From contig CAWGJT010000006.1 in assembly GCA_963822965.1 (NCBI GenBank), positions 416,001 to 480,000 of the forward strand: 64,000 bases of DNA, given 5' to 3'. The DNA is from an uncultured delta proteobacterium (GTDB lineage: Bacteria > Myxococcota_A > UBA9160 > UBA4427). The stretch's first letter is position 1. The number at the start of each line of letters is the position of its first letter. The notes under the pieces are model-generated. The model was given only the letters and a program-made list of their open reading frames with translations, searched no databases and was not told the origin of the DNA. Shown here one piece after another: positions 49,231 to 60,280 of this stretch. A program made the position numbers and the translations under genes.

Positions 49231-49740
49231 ATGCCCGTCCCGCGCCTCCTCGCTCCGGCGGGCGCCCTGCTCTGCGCGCTCGTGCTGCTGGCGTTCGCCC
49301 CGCGGCCGGCACGCGCGGCGCCCGTGGCGTTCGTGGGTGCCGAGATCCGCACCGTCTCCCGGGGCACCCTGGAGGACGGGGTCCTGATCTTCGAGAACGG
49401 CCGCATCACCGCCGTGGGACCGCGTGGGGAGGTCGAAGTGCCGCCCGGCGCCCGGGTCCACGAGCTCGGCGGAAGGATCGTCGTCCCCGGGCTCGTCGAC
49501 ACCCACTCCCACATCGGCATCTATCCGCGACCGGCGGTCCCCGCCCACGCCGACGGAAACGACGTGTCGGCGCCGGGCGATCACCCTCGGTCCCGCGCAG
49601 ATGCTGGGGATCGCGGACGACTACGGCTCCGTCGAGACCGGCAAGGTGGCGGATCTCGTCCTCTTCGACGGGGACCCTTCGAGTACACGAGCCACGTCAC
49701 GGCGGTGATCGCGGGAGGCGACGTGGTCTTCGAGCGCTAG
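49231..49740 (+). pseudogene. Secreted amidohydrolase remnant with large internal deletion
   Basis: Signal peptide and PGLVDTHSH N-terminus join at about 49576, out of frame, to the C-terminal AITLGPAQMLG..GSVETGKVADLVLFDGDP. A second shift at about 49677 leads to FEYTSHV. Confidence 0.8.
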
Positions 49741-49806
49741 CCGAGGCAGCCCGTCGGGCTCCTTTGCGGCGGAACCGCGACCCAGGACTTTCGTCTTGGA
49801 TCCCGC
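49737..49806 (+). repeat. CTAG-tagged double-hairpin repeat, copy B
   Basis: CTAGCCGAGGCAGCCC-GTC-GGGCTCCTTTGC-GGCGGAACCGCGAC-CCAGGAC-TTTC-GTCTTGG; begins at the stop codon of the remnant gene. Confidence 0.85.
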
Positions 49807-49862
49807 TCCCAGCCCGCGTACCTTCCTCCCGTCCGATCCGAAGCCGATCCGAGGAGGTCTCC

Positions 49863-51042
49863 ATGTCCGCCGCCCCTGCTTCCGCCCCGGAGACGTCCGT
49901 CGCCCGGGACTACCCCGTCATCTCCGCCGATTCGCACATCACCGAGCCGGCGAACACCTACCGGGACCACATCGACGCGAAGTGGCGGGACAAGGCACCC
50001 GCGCTCGAGAACTTCGGCGAGGCCGGCGACCTGTTCGTCATCGACGGCATGAGCAAGCCCGTTCCGATGGGGCTCGTGGCCGCCGCCGGCAAGCCCGCCG
50101 AGGAGATCCGGGTCACCGGGGTCCGCTTCGAGGACATGCACGCGGGCGGCTGGGATCCGGACGCGCGCATGGCCGACCAGGACCGGGACGGCGTCGCCTG
50201 CGAGGTCATCTACCCCACCGTCGGCATGGTGCTCTGCAACCACAAGGACTTCGACTACAAGCAGGCCTGCTTCGACGCCTACAACCGCTGGATCGCCGGG
50301 TACTGCGAGGCCCACCCCGAACGGCTGCTCGGGATGCGGCCAGACGGCCATGCGGACGCCCGAAGACGGCATGGCCGACCTGGAATCGATCCGCGAGCTC
50401 GGGCTCCGGGGCGTGATGATGCCGGGCAACCCCGGCGTGGAGGACTACGACTCCACCGCCTACGACGCCTTCTGGGAGAAGGCGATCGAGCTGGGGCTTC
50501 CGCTCTCCTTCCACATCCTCACCACCCGCGACACGAGCCCGGTGCGGGGGCCGAAGATGAACGGCTTCCTGTCCATCATCCGGGGCTGCCAGGACATCAT
50601 GGGCACGCTGATCCTGGGCGGCGTGTTCGAGCGGCACCCGGACCTACGGGTGGTGTGCGTCGAGGCCGACGCGGGCTGGGTCCCCCACTACATGTACCGC
50701 ATGGATCACGCCTACAAGCGGCACCGCAACTGGCTGCCGGCGGGCCAGAAGCTCTCCCGTCTGCCCTCCGAGTACTTCGCCGAGTGCATCTACACGACGT
50801 TCCAGGACGACTGGGTCGCCTTCCAGAGCGTGAACATGATGAACTGGAAGCGGCTGATGTGGGCCAACGACTTCCCCCACAGCGACTCCACCTGGCCGTG
50901 GTCGCAGCAGATGCTCGAAGAGCACGGACGACACCTGTCGGAGGAGCAGCGTCGCGGGATCCTGTGCGACAACGTCGCCGCGCTCTACGGCATCGACGTG
51001 ACGAAGCTCCAGGCTGCCCGACCGGGCGGAGCGCCGGGATGA
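49863..51042 (+). CDS. Amidohydrolase_2 family protein; +1 frameshift near 50333 (probably a sequencing error)
   Basis: ISADSHITEP, DQDRDGV, AYNRW in one frame; GCGQTAMR, SFHI, VFERHP, WANDFPHSDSTWP in the next. Extra G in CTC GGGA TGC. Confidence 0.85.
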
Positions 51043-52199
51043 GCGAGGCGATCGTACCCTTCCGCTGCGACGTGCCCGAGGGCGTGCTCGACGACCTGCG
51101 CGAACGCCTCGCGCGCACCCGCTTTCCCGACGAGGTGAACGACGCCGACTGGTCGTACGGGACCGACCTCGGCTACCTGAAGGAGCTGTGCACCTACTGG
51201 CGCGAGAAGTTCGACTGGCGCGCCCAGGAGGCGGCGCTCAACCGCTTCCCGAACTTCGTGACCGAGATCGACGGGCTCTCGCTCCACTTCCTGCACGCCC
51301 CCTCGCCCCGCCCGGATGCGATGCCCCTGGTCGTCACCCACGGCTGGCCGGGCTCGGTGTTCGAGTTCCTCGACATCATCGACCGGCTTCGCGACCCCGG
51401 AGCTCACGGCGCCGACCCGGGCGACGCGTTCCACGTGGTGTGCCCGTCGATTCCCGGCTACGGCTTCTCCGAAGCGGCCCACGCGCCCGGAATGCACCCG
51501 CTCCGGGTGTCGGAGACGATCGCCAAGCTCATGGCCCGGCTGGGCTACGCCCGCTATGGCGCCCAGGGCGGCGACTGGGGCTCGATGATCTCCCACGGCC
51601 TGGGGCTCGTGGACCCGGGGCACTGCGCGGGCATCCACGTCAACATGGTCGTCGCGGGTCCGCCCGCCGGCGCCGAGAACCCCCTGGAAGGCCTGAGCCC
51701 CGCGGAGCTGGAGAACCTCGCGGAAGCCCGGCGCATCCAGGACGAGGAGATGGGCTACTTCCGCGAGCAGAGCACGAAGCCCCAGACCCTCGGCGTGGGG
51801 CTCAACGATTCTCCCGCCGGGCTCGCGTCGTGGATCGTCGAGAAGTTCCGCACCTGGAGCGACTGCAACGGCGACGTCGAGTCGGTCTTCAGCAGGGACC
51901 GGCTCCTGGCGAACATCACCCTCTACTGGGTGACGGGCACGATCACCTCGTCGACCCGACTCTACCTGGAGTCGAGGCGGGCCGGGCTCGGTGTCGCGGA
52001 CCACGCCGTCCCCCTCGGCTGCGCGGTCTTTCCCCGGGAGCTGATCCGCTCGCCCCGGCGCTGGGTGGAGAGCCACTTCGACGTCCGACAGTGGACCGAG
52101 ATGCCGCGAGGCGGCCACTTCGCAGCCATGGAAACGCCCGACCTGCTCGCAGCGGACGTCCGCTCCTTCTTCCGACCGCTGCGCGCCGCGTCCGCCTGA
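51039..52199 (+). CDS. Epoxide hydrolase (EHN plus alpha/beta hydrolase)
   Basis: HGWPGS, PSIPGYGFS, QGGDWG, GGHFAAME. Confidence 0.93.
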   Translation: MSEAIVPFRCDVPEGVLDDLRERLARTRFPDEVNDADWSYGTDLGYLKELCTYWREKFDWRAQEAALNRFPNFVTEIDGLSLHFLHAPSPRPDAMPLVVTHGWPGSVFEFLDIIDRLRDPGAHGADPGDAFHVVCPSIPGYGFSEAAHAPGMHPLRVSETIAKLMARLGYARYGAQGGDWGSMISHGLGLVDPGHCAGIHVNMVVAGPPAGAENPLEGLSPAELENLAEARRIQDEEMGYFREQSTKPQTLGVGLNDSPAGLASWIVEKFRTWSDCNGDVESVFSRDRLLANITLYWVTGTITSSTRLYLESRRAGLGVADHAVPLGCAVFPRELIRSPRRWVESHFDVRQWTEMPRGGHFAAMETPDLLAADVRSFFRPLRAASA

Positions 52200-52389
52200 G
52201 CGGGGGCCGATCGATCGCGGGACGACGGATCGGGACGCGACCTTCCGCTCTGCTGCCGGTTCCCGAAGTGCTTGCCTCCTCCAGTGGCCTCTGCGAGCAT
52301 CCGCGCCCGCAGCCGGGGAGCGCCGTTCGTGCCCCGCTGCGAGCGAGTCGGCGATTCGCCGCTCGGCTGCCGATGCATCGAGAGGATCC

Positions 52390-53397
52390 TTGAGTCGAGC
52401 CAACCTGAAGGACGTGGGTCTGGCGCTGCTGGTCGCCTTTCTCGTCGCGGAGGGCCCGCTCACGCCGGCCGCGCGAACCCCTTCCTGGCTCGCGGGCGCC
52501 GCCTCCGGGCTGCTCTTCTTCTGGTGGCGCGTCACGCGTCCGGCCCCGCAGCGCGAGCAGGCAGCTACCGCTCGCAAACGTTGGGACGTGCCGTGGCCGG
52601 TCTGGCTCTGTCTGGGGCTCTTCGCGCTCGCCGCGGCGCCCACCGTCCTGTGGATGTACCAGGAGTGGACGGGCAGCGTCTGGCACAACACGCACGGGAT
52701 GTTGATCCCGGTGCTGATGGTCCTGCTGGGACGGAACATCCTGCGGCGCTCGAAGACCGGCGCGGAGGAGCCATCGCTCTGGGGGTTCGCCTTCCTGGCG
52801 CCGGGCCTGGGGCTCATGCTGATCGACGCCGCGGCCGGCACCCGCTACGTCGCGGCCGTCGGGATCGCATTGTGCCTCCCGGGCTTCTCGCTGCTGCTCC
52901 TGGGCCCGGCGCGAACGCGGGCTCTCGCGCTGCCCCTGACCCTGGGCGTCTTCATGGTCCCGCTGCCGAACTCGTTCGCGAGCCAGATCTACCTGCGAAC
53001 CCTGACGGCGCATGGCGTCGCACCGATCCTGAGCGCGGTGGGAATTCCGACGCTCGTGGACAAGTCCCTGCTCGAGCTTCCGAACGCGAGCTTCCTCGTC
53101 GCCGACGCGTGCAGCGGCTTCTCCACCCTCTACTCGGCGATCGCCATGGGCATCCTGCTCGGCACCCTCTGCCCCTCCCCCCGGCGGCGTCTGCTCGTCT
53201 ATGCGGCGATCGTACCCCTGGCCCTCACCGCCAACATCGTGCGCGTGGTGCTGCTCGTGTTGATCGCCATCTACTTCGACCCGAGCCTGCTCGATACCGG
53301 CGCACACGCCGCCTCGGGTGTGTTCACCTTCTTCGGCGTGCTCCTCGCGCTGATCGTGCTGGCGGATCGCCCCCCTCTGGCGCAGGCGCTCCTGTGA
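52390..53397 (+). CDS. Exosortase/archaeosortase family protein (EpsH-like)
   Basis: HGMLIP; catalytic triad contexts VADACSG, ANIVRV and HAASG; multiple TM segments. Confidence 0.9.
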   Translation: MSRANLKDVGLALLVAFLVAEGPLTPAARTPSWLAGAASGLLFFWWRVTRPAPQREQAATARKRWDVPWPVWLCLGLFALAAAPTVLWMYQEWTGSVWHNTHGMLIPVLMVLLGRNILRRSKTGAEEPSLWGFAFLAPGLGLMLIDAAAGTRYVAAVGIALCLPGFSLLLLGPARTRALALPLTLGVFMVPLPNSFASQIYLRTLTAHGVAPILSAVGIPTLVDKSLLELPNASFLVADACSGFSTLYSAIAMGILLGTLCPSPRRRLLVYAAIVPLALTANIVRVVLLVLIAIYFDPSLLDTGAHAASGVFTFFGVLLALIVLADRPPLAQALL

Positions 53398-54029
53398 TCC
53401 GGTTCTCCTCCCGCTACGTGCCCGCGATGGCGGCCCTGCTCACCGTCGCCCTGGGATTGATGATCCACGGCCGCCTGACCCCGCACCGGGACGAGTGTCT
53501 CGATCGCAGGGAGCTGCTCGACGGCGTCGCCCAGGATCCGCGCGTCACCCTGCGGACCGAGGGACCCCATCGAACGCGGCTCGAGGCCGGACAGCTCACC
53601 GGGTCGCTTCGGCCGGAGGCAGAGGGCGCGGTGGAGCTGCCCCTCACGATCCAGGAGACCTTCGGCCTGCCGAACCTCCTCCTGCAGCCCGCCCAGGCGC
53701 TCCCGGGACGGCGCGAACCGGACGACGTGGAGGAAGCGCTGCTCGAGACGCCCGACGGTCCCCTTCCGGTCCGCTACGCATACGAGCGCCGCGGACGGAC
53801 CGTCCGGGTGACGGGGTACTTCATGACGTATCGCGGCGAGGCGATTCGCAGCGCGCTCTGGACCCGCATGCGGCAAGGTCCCGAAGCGATCTTCACCGGC
53901 AGCTACCCCATCACGCTCTTCGCGATCGCGGCGCAGACGCGCGCGATCGCGCTCGCCCCCAGCCTCGAGCGGATGAACGCGTGGCTGCGCGAGGCGTGGG
54001 ACCGCTACCGACGGACCTGCGCCCCCTGA
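53394..54029 (+). CDS. Exosortase-associated periplasmic protein (divergent EpsI-like)
   Basis: GTG overlaps the exosortase stop; single N-terminal TM then a soluble domain; family assigned by position only. Confidence 0.55.
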   Translation: MIRFSSRYVPAMAALLTVALGLMIHGRLTPHRDECLDRRELLDGVAQDPRVTLRTEGPHRTRLEAGQLTGSLRPEAEGAVELPLTIQETFGLPNLLLQPAQALPGRREPDDVEEALLETPDGPLPVRYAYERRGRTVRVTGYFMTYRGEAIRSALWTRMRQGPEAIFTGSYPITLFAIAAQTRAIALAPSLERMNAWLREAWDRYRRTCAP

Positions 54030-54096
54030 CGGGGCGGACGTCGCGGCCGAAGCCCGGGCGGGCGATGCGGCCGAAGCCTCCTCCGGCTCCCGGCGC

Positions 54097-55029
54097 TCAG
54101 GAAGTCTTCAGAAAGTCGCTTCGCTGGGCGTTCAGGAGCCGCTTGACCGCGGATTCCCGCACGCGCACCACGAAGGGCCGATCGACGGCCTTCACGAAGC
54201 GCTCTCCGTCGACGAGCGCGCCGACCCGGTAGCCCCCGGAGATGGACTGATCGTCGGCGGCGACCGTCCAGTCGATGCGCACTCCTTCGTCGAAGCCCTG
54301 GTCGGGCTCTACCTGGGAGCCCACGGGCCGCGTCATGCGAACCCCCGCCGCCGCGGTCAGAAACTGGTCGATCTTGTCGGAATCCGCGCTCTCCCCGTCG
54401 GCGAGGTCGGCGAGGGTCCAGTCGTCGCCGGTGCGTTCGAAGTGGAGCTCGCCGTGGTCGTTCCGGACGGTCACGGCGGACAGCTTCGCCACGTCGGCGT
54501 CGACGTACGACGTGTCGTAGTAGCTCGCGGAATCGTCCCGGAACGACCATTCGCTGGCGCCCGTCGCGCGATAGACGTCGTCGTCCCCCACGCGTCGCAG
54601 GTTGACGCTCCGGCTCGTGGCGGCGCCCATCAGCCACTCGGAGCTCTCGCCGTCCGCGACCATCCGGATCCGGCGCCCGTAGCTCCCGTCCGCCACCTTC
54701 AACGCCTCGTGGCTCTCCGGGTGCGTCGCGATGGGCCCGGTGGTGGTGAGTCCCAGCAGGGAGTCCAGCAGCCCGTCGACCTTGGTGGGGCTCGCCGGAT
54801 AGTCGGCCGCCGAGGCCACCCGCCAGCCGTCGCCCTTGCGCACGAGCTCGACGCCGGCGGGCTTGGCGTCGCCCGCAGGAGCCGCGCTGATGTCGATCTC
54901 CTCGATGGCTTCGCGAGGCAGGTCGAAGACCGGCCGGCGGGCGCCGGGGGCCCTCGTGGGCCACCAGGTGAAGGCCGCCAGACCGATCTGGGCGGCCAGC
55001 ACGACGACGAGCACGCGATGGGCGCTCAC
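54097..55029 (-). CDS. DUF4340 domain protein
   Basis: N-terminal TM; two related halves (LVRKGDGW, FERTGDDW); typical position after Gld-type ABC genes. Confidence 0.8.
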   Translation of the reverse strand: MSAHRVLVVVLAAQIGLAAFTWWPTRAPGARRPVFDLPREAIEEIDISAAPAGDAKPAGVELVRKGDGWRVASAADYPASPTKVDGLLDSLLGLTTTGPIATHPESHEALKVADGSYGRRIRMVADGESSEWLMGAATSRSVNLRRVGDDDVYRATGASEWSFRDDSASYYDTSYVDADVAKLSAVTVRNDHGELHFERTGDDWTLADLADGESADSDKIDQFLTAAAGVRMTRPVGSQVEPDQGFDEGVRIDWTVAADDQSISGGYRVGALVDGERFVKAVDRPFVVRVRESAVKRLLNAQRSDFLKTS

Positions 55030-57926
55030 GACGCGGCTCCCGAGGTCTTCCCGGCCGGCACCCCCAGCGGGCGGACGCGGCGACGGCGGCGGGCCGGCAG
55101 CAGGGTCGCCACCCCCAGCATGCCGGCGCTGAGGGCGACCGTTCCCGCCTCGTAGGCGCGCGCCTCGTCCTCGCTCACGGGGCGCAGCGTGCGCGCGAAG
55201 GCGCCGGAGGAGCGGATGGCGAGGAGGTCCGTGTCCTCCACCGACCAGTCGATCAGGTTCTGCACGAGCTGCAGGTTGCTGCGGTGCACCTCGCCGCCGG
55301 GCTGCGCGGCGAGCTGCAGCATCAGATCGGAAACCATGTCGGACGCGCCGAGCACGACGAGGCGCGCGTCCGGCAGCGACTCCTTGAGGGTGCGTCCGGT
55401 GCGATCCGCCTGCGCGTCGCCCTTCTCGTCGCCCGAGCCCTCGAAGAGCGGCGAGGGCCTCGCGGCGTAGTAGCTGGGGAAGCGTCCCGTGAGGCTGACC
55501 CCCACGACCTGGGCGCCGGTGGGACCGGCGGGCCCGAAGCCCGTCTCCGGATAGCGCTTGAAGTCCGGCTCGATCTCGCCCCGGGTGTTGCGCCAGCTTG
55601 CGGGCGACGTCTTCAGCAGGACCGAGGCTTCGACGCCTTCGGGCGGCGCGACCTCGAGCGGCGACGCCCAGGGTGCCGTCACGTTGGGCAGCCCGGTGAA
55701 CACCGGCGACCCCACGGCGAACCCCTCGCTTCGCAGGTCGGCGAAGAACGGGTACGGCACCATCCGGATGCGCTGGAAGCGGAAGCCTCCCCGATTCTCC
55801 GTCACCGGGATCGGGAACGGCACGTTCTGCGGGTCCATCACCAGCGCCGGGGGCACGGTCACGCCCCAGGTCCCGAGCAGATCGAAGATCGACTCCGGCG
55901 CGGCCCGGGCGGCCAGGGTGCCCTGGGCGGGGTGGATCTCGAAGCGCGTCGCCAGCACGATCATCTTGCCGCCGCGCATCAGGTACTGGTCCAGGGCGAA
56001 CTTCTGCCGCTCGCTCATCTCGCCGGGCTTGGCGACGATCAGCACGTCGATGACGTCGGGGACCACGCCGTCCTCGAGGTTCAGGCGCTTCACCTCGTGG
56101 TCCTCACCGAGCAGCTGCTCGAGGATCTGATAGTCCGGGTGCGGGGGCGGCGGCTGGAGCTGGGGTGGCAGGTTGGGATTCATCGGGGGCGCCTCGGGTG
56201 TCGCCGTGAACAGCCCCACGGTCTTGAGCTGTCCCGGGGTGACCCGCCGGATCGCCGACTCGAGGGCCACCTTCAGATCGGACTCGGAGAGGTCGCTGCG
56301 GGGGAGGATGCGCTGGGGCTTGTCGGTGCCCTGGAGCAGCAGGTCGAGATAGAAGGTCTGTCGCCCGAAGAGGTCCACCGCCAGCGGCTGGATGCCGAAC
56401 TCGTCGGCCAGGTGCTGCTTCAGGGTCTGCGAATCGCCGTTCGCCGGCGCCCGGGGATCGACCTCGCGGAACTCGAGCTTGCCGTCGCTCGTCGCCACCA
56501 GGTCCTTCGCCACCTTGCGGATGCGGTCCGGCAGCTCGCCGAAGCCCTCCGGCAGGGTGTCCGGCGTGACGTACAGGGTGAGGGTGAGGGGAGCCGGCAG
56601 CCGCGAGAAGACGTAGTCCATGTTCTGGAAGTCCTGGGACACCCGCTTGATGGTGCGCGTCACGTCGTACTCGAGATTGCGCAGCCGGACCTGGATCCCG
56701 TCGTCGTCCGCGAGCACGTCGATCAGCTCGTCGAAGCTCAGGGACGCGTGCTGGTCGCCGTAGCGGATCAGGATGTGGAAGTAGGAGTTCACGACCGACT
56801 GCTGGTGCCGGTCCGCCACCCGGAACGGCACGCTGCGGATCTGGTACTGCTCGTTGAGCTCCGACTCGAGCTCCTCGTCGGCGTTGGGGTCGGCGAAGTT
56901 GACCTGCACCTTCCCGCCCCCGTAGACCTCGTACTCCTTCAGGAGATCGCGAATCTGCGGCACCAGCGGCGCCAGCAGCGGGTGCGTGCGCTCGGAGAAG
57001 TAGCCGTCGATCCGAAGCGGCTCGGGCAGGTTGCGGAGGGTGTCGATGGTGGTCTGGCTGATCGAGTACTCGCCCTGGGCGGTGAGGTCGACGCGTGCCC
57101 GGGTGACGGGCGCGAGCCAGAGGTTCGCGGCCACCACGTTCGCGCCCACGAGCCCGACGCTGGTCCACTGGGCGAGGCGACGGCTGCGCCCCGACGCGGA
57201 CCCGGGATCGATCCGATCCTGCTCGAGGAAGAGCCAGTTCAAGCCCAGGAAGAAGATCGCCAGGCCGGCGTAGTAGACGAGATCGCGCAGGTCGAGCACG
57301 CCCCGCTCGATGCTCTCGAAGCGCGAGCCGGTGCCCAGCGCGCGCAGCACGTCGGCCGAGGTGTTGCCGAAGAAGGCGGTCACCCCGTCGCTGCCGAGGA
57401 AGTAGAGCGCGCCCGCGACGAGCACGGTCAGCATCAGAGCGACCACCTGATTGTCCGTGCGCGCGCTCACGCACAGCCCGATCGAGAGGTAGGTGGCGCC
57501 CAGCAGGAGCGCCCCCACGTAGCCGCCCACCACGGGACCCCAGTCGAGGGGCCCCAGGAAGGAGACGCCGATCGGGATCGGGAGGGTCATCGCCAGGGAG
57601 ATCGCCACCAGCGCCATGCCGGCCAGGAACTTGCCGAGCACCAGGTCGCGGGTGGAGACGGGAAGCGTCAGCAGGACCTCGAGGGTCCCCATCTTCTTCT
57701 CTTCGGCCCACTGGCGCATGGTGAGGGCCGCCACCAGCAGGATGAGCCACACGGGCAGCCACTCGAAGAGGGGCCGCACGTCGGCGATCCGGCGGGCGAA
57801 GAAGGCCGAGTGGCCGAAGAAGCTGTACAGGACCGCGGCCAGGAACAGACCGATGAAGATGAGCGCCACCGGCGACTGGAAGGACGCCCGCAGCTCCTTT
57901 CGCGCGACGATCGCGACGGGGCTCAC
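55026..57926 (-). CDS. Fused ABC-2 permease plus GldG-family auxiliary domain
   Basis: ARKELRASFQSP, EEKKMGTLEVLLTLP, RVDLT...YSIS, LDQYLMRGGK, NLIDW. Confidence 0.9.
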   Translation of the reverse strand: MSPVAIVARKELRASFQSPVALIFIGLFLAAVLYSFFGHSAFFARRIADVRPLFEWLPVWLILLVAALTMRQWAEEKKMGTLEVLLTLPVSTRDLVLGKFLAGMALVAISLAMTLPIPIGVSFLGPLDWGPVVGGYVGALLLGATYLSIGLCVSARTDNQVVALMLTVLVAGALYFLGSDGVTAFFGNTSADVLRALGTGSRFESIERGVLDLRDLVYYAGLAIFFLGLNWLFLEQDRIDPGSASGRSRRLAQWTSVGLVGANVVAANLWLAPVTRARVDLTAQGEYSISQTTIDTLRNLPEPLRIDGYFSERTHPLLAPLVPQIRDLLKEYEVYGGGKVQVNFADPNADEELESELNEQYQIRSVPFRVADRHQQSVVNSYFHILIRYGDQHASLSFDELIDVLADDDGIQVRLRNLEYDVTRTIKRVSQDFQNMDYVFSRLPAPLTLTLYVTPDTLPEGFGELPDRIRKVAKDLVATSDGKLEFREVDPRAPANGDSQTLKQHLADEFGIQPLAVDLFGRQTFYLDLLLQGTDKPQRILPRSDLSESDLKVALESAIRRVTPGQLKTVGLFTATPEAPPMNPNLPPQLQPPPPHPDYQILEQLLGEDHEVKRLNLEDGVVPDVIDVLIVAKPGEMSERQKFALDQYLMRGGKMIVLATRFEIHPAQGTLAARAAPESIFDLLGTWGVTVPPALVMDPQNVPFPIPVTENRGGFRFQRIRMVPYPFFADLRSEGFAVGSPVFTGLPNVTAPWASPLEVAPPEGVEASVLLKTSPASWRNTRGEIEPDFKRYPETGFGPAGPTGAQVVGVSLTGRFPSYYAARPSPLFEGSGDEKGDAQADRTGRTLKESLPDARLVVLGASDMVSDLMLQLAAQPGGEVHRSNLQLVQNLIDWSVEDTDLLAIRSSGAFARTLRPVSEDEARAYEAGTVALSAGMLGVATLLPARRRRRVRPLGVPAGKTSGAAS

Positions 57927-58912
57927 GACGCCTGGGCCTCCGCGCGGGCGAGCAGCTCGCTGGCGCGACGGCTCTGCAGCTCCTCGAACACGCTCTCGAG
58001 GGTGCGGCTCTCCGGTGCGACGGCGCCGATGGTGAAGCCCGCGGCCCGCGCGGCGTCGATGATGGCGGACACCGGAGAGGTGCCGGGCGCGCACTGGACC
58101 GCCCAGGTGGTGAAGCGGCGGTTGCGCGGATCGGGGCCGCGAGCCGTCACGCTGCCGACCCCGTCGATGGACCCCAGACGACGGACCACGTCGTCCGCCG
58201 CCCTTCCGTCACCGCCTTCGGGGGGCGCGAGCGACACGCGGACGACGTCGCTGGCGACGAGCTCGGCCAGCGGCTCGTCGGCCACCAGACTGCCCTCGAT
58301 CATGATGAGGACCCGATCGCAGACCGCCTCGATCTCCTGCAGGATGTGGGTGGAGAGGATGATCGTGGTGTGCTCCGAGAGCTTCCGGACCAGCTCGCGG
58401 ATGCTCTGGATCTGCACCGGATCCAGCCCGTTGGTGGGCTCGTCGAGCACGAGCACGTCGGGCTCGTGGATGATCGCCTGGGCGATGCCCACGCGCTGCC
58501 GATAGCCCTTCGAGAGCGTGCCGATCGCCCGCACGAGATGCTCCTCGACACCCACGGCCCGGGCCGCCGCCACCACCGCCGCGTCCACCCGCTCGGGCGC
58601 GATCCCGCGCAGCTCCGCCACCATGGCGAGGTACTCCTGGACGAGCATCTCGGGATAGAGGGGCGCGTTCTCGGGCAGATAGCCGATCTGGCGCTGGACG
58701 CCGGCGCGATCAGCCGCCACGTCGACGCCGCCGACGGACGCGGAGCCCGAGCTGGCCTCGAGGAACCCCGTCAGCACCTTCATGACGGTGGTCTTGCCCG
58801 CACCGTTGTGACCGAGCAGACCCACGATCTCGCCTCGACCGATCTCCACGGAGAAATCGTCGACGGCGAGCAGGGAACCGTATCGGCGCGTGAGGTGGCT
58901 GATCGAGATCAT
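57923..58912 (-). CDS. ABC transporter ATP-binding protein (GldA-like)
   Basis: GHNGAGKTT, LSKGYRQR, LVLDEPT, LSTHIL. Confidence 0.92.
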   Translation of the reverse strand: MISISHLTRRYGSLLAVDDFSVEIGRGEIVGLLGHNGAGKTTVMKVLTGFLEASSGSASVGGVDVAADRAGVQRQIGYLPENAPLYPEMLVQEYLAMVAELRGIAPERVDAAVVAAARAVGVEEHLVRAIGTLSKGYRQRVGIAQAIIHEPDVLVLDEPTNGLDPVQIQSIRELVRKLSEHTTIILSTHILQEIEAVCDRVLIMIEGSLVADEPLAELVASDVVRVSLAPPEGGDGRAADDVVRRLGSIDGVGSVTARGPDPRNRRFTTWAVQCAPGTSPVSAIIDAARAAGFTIGAVAPESRTLESVFEELQSRRASELLARAEAQAS

Positions 58913-59104
58913 CGTCGGTGGTCGAGATCGTCGCTGCGGATCATCGTCACGACCCGGTCCGACCGGGAGGATCGGGACCAGGGCGCCATCGGTCCCGGAC
59001 GATCCGCGAAGGGGCTTGTATCCAAAGCAGCGCGAGTTCGCAACCTCGCGCTCCAGGGCGGGTCGAGTAGAATGCGGCCCCTCCCGCCGCATCCGGGTTT
59101 CACC

Positions 59105-60280
<1,176 letters not shown>

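Noticed and set aside
54097..58912. Gld-like ABC genes as evidence of Bacteroidota-type gliding or a novel system
   Set aside because: GldA/F/G-like plus DUF4340 sets are widespread, and no other gliding or T9SS genes are present.
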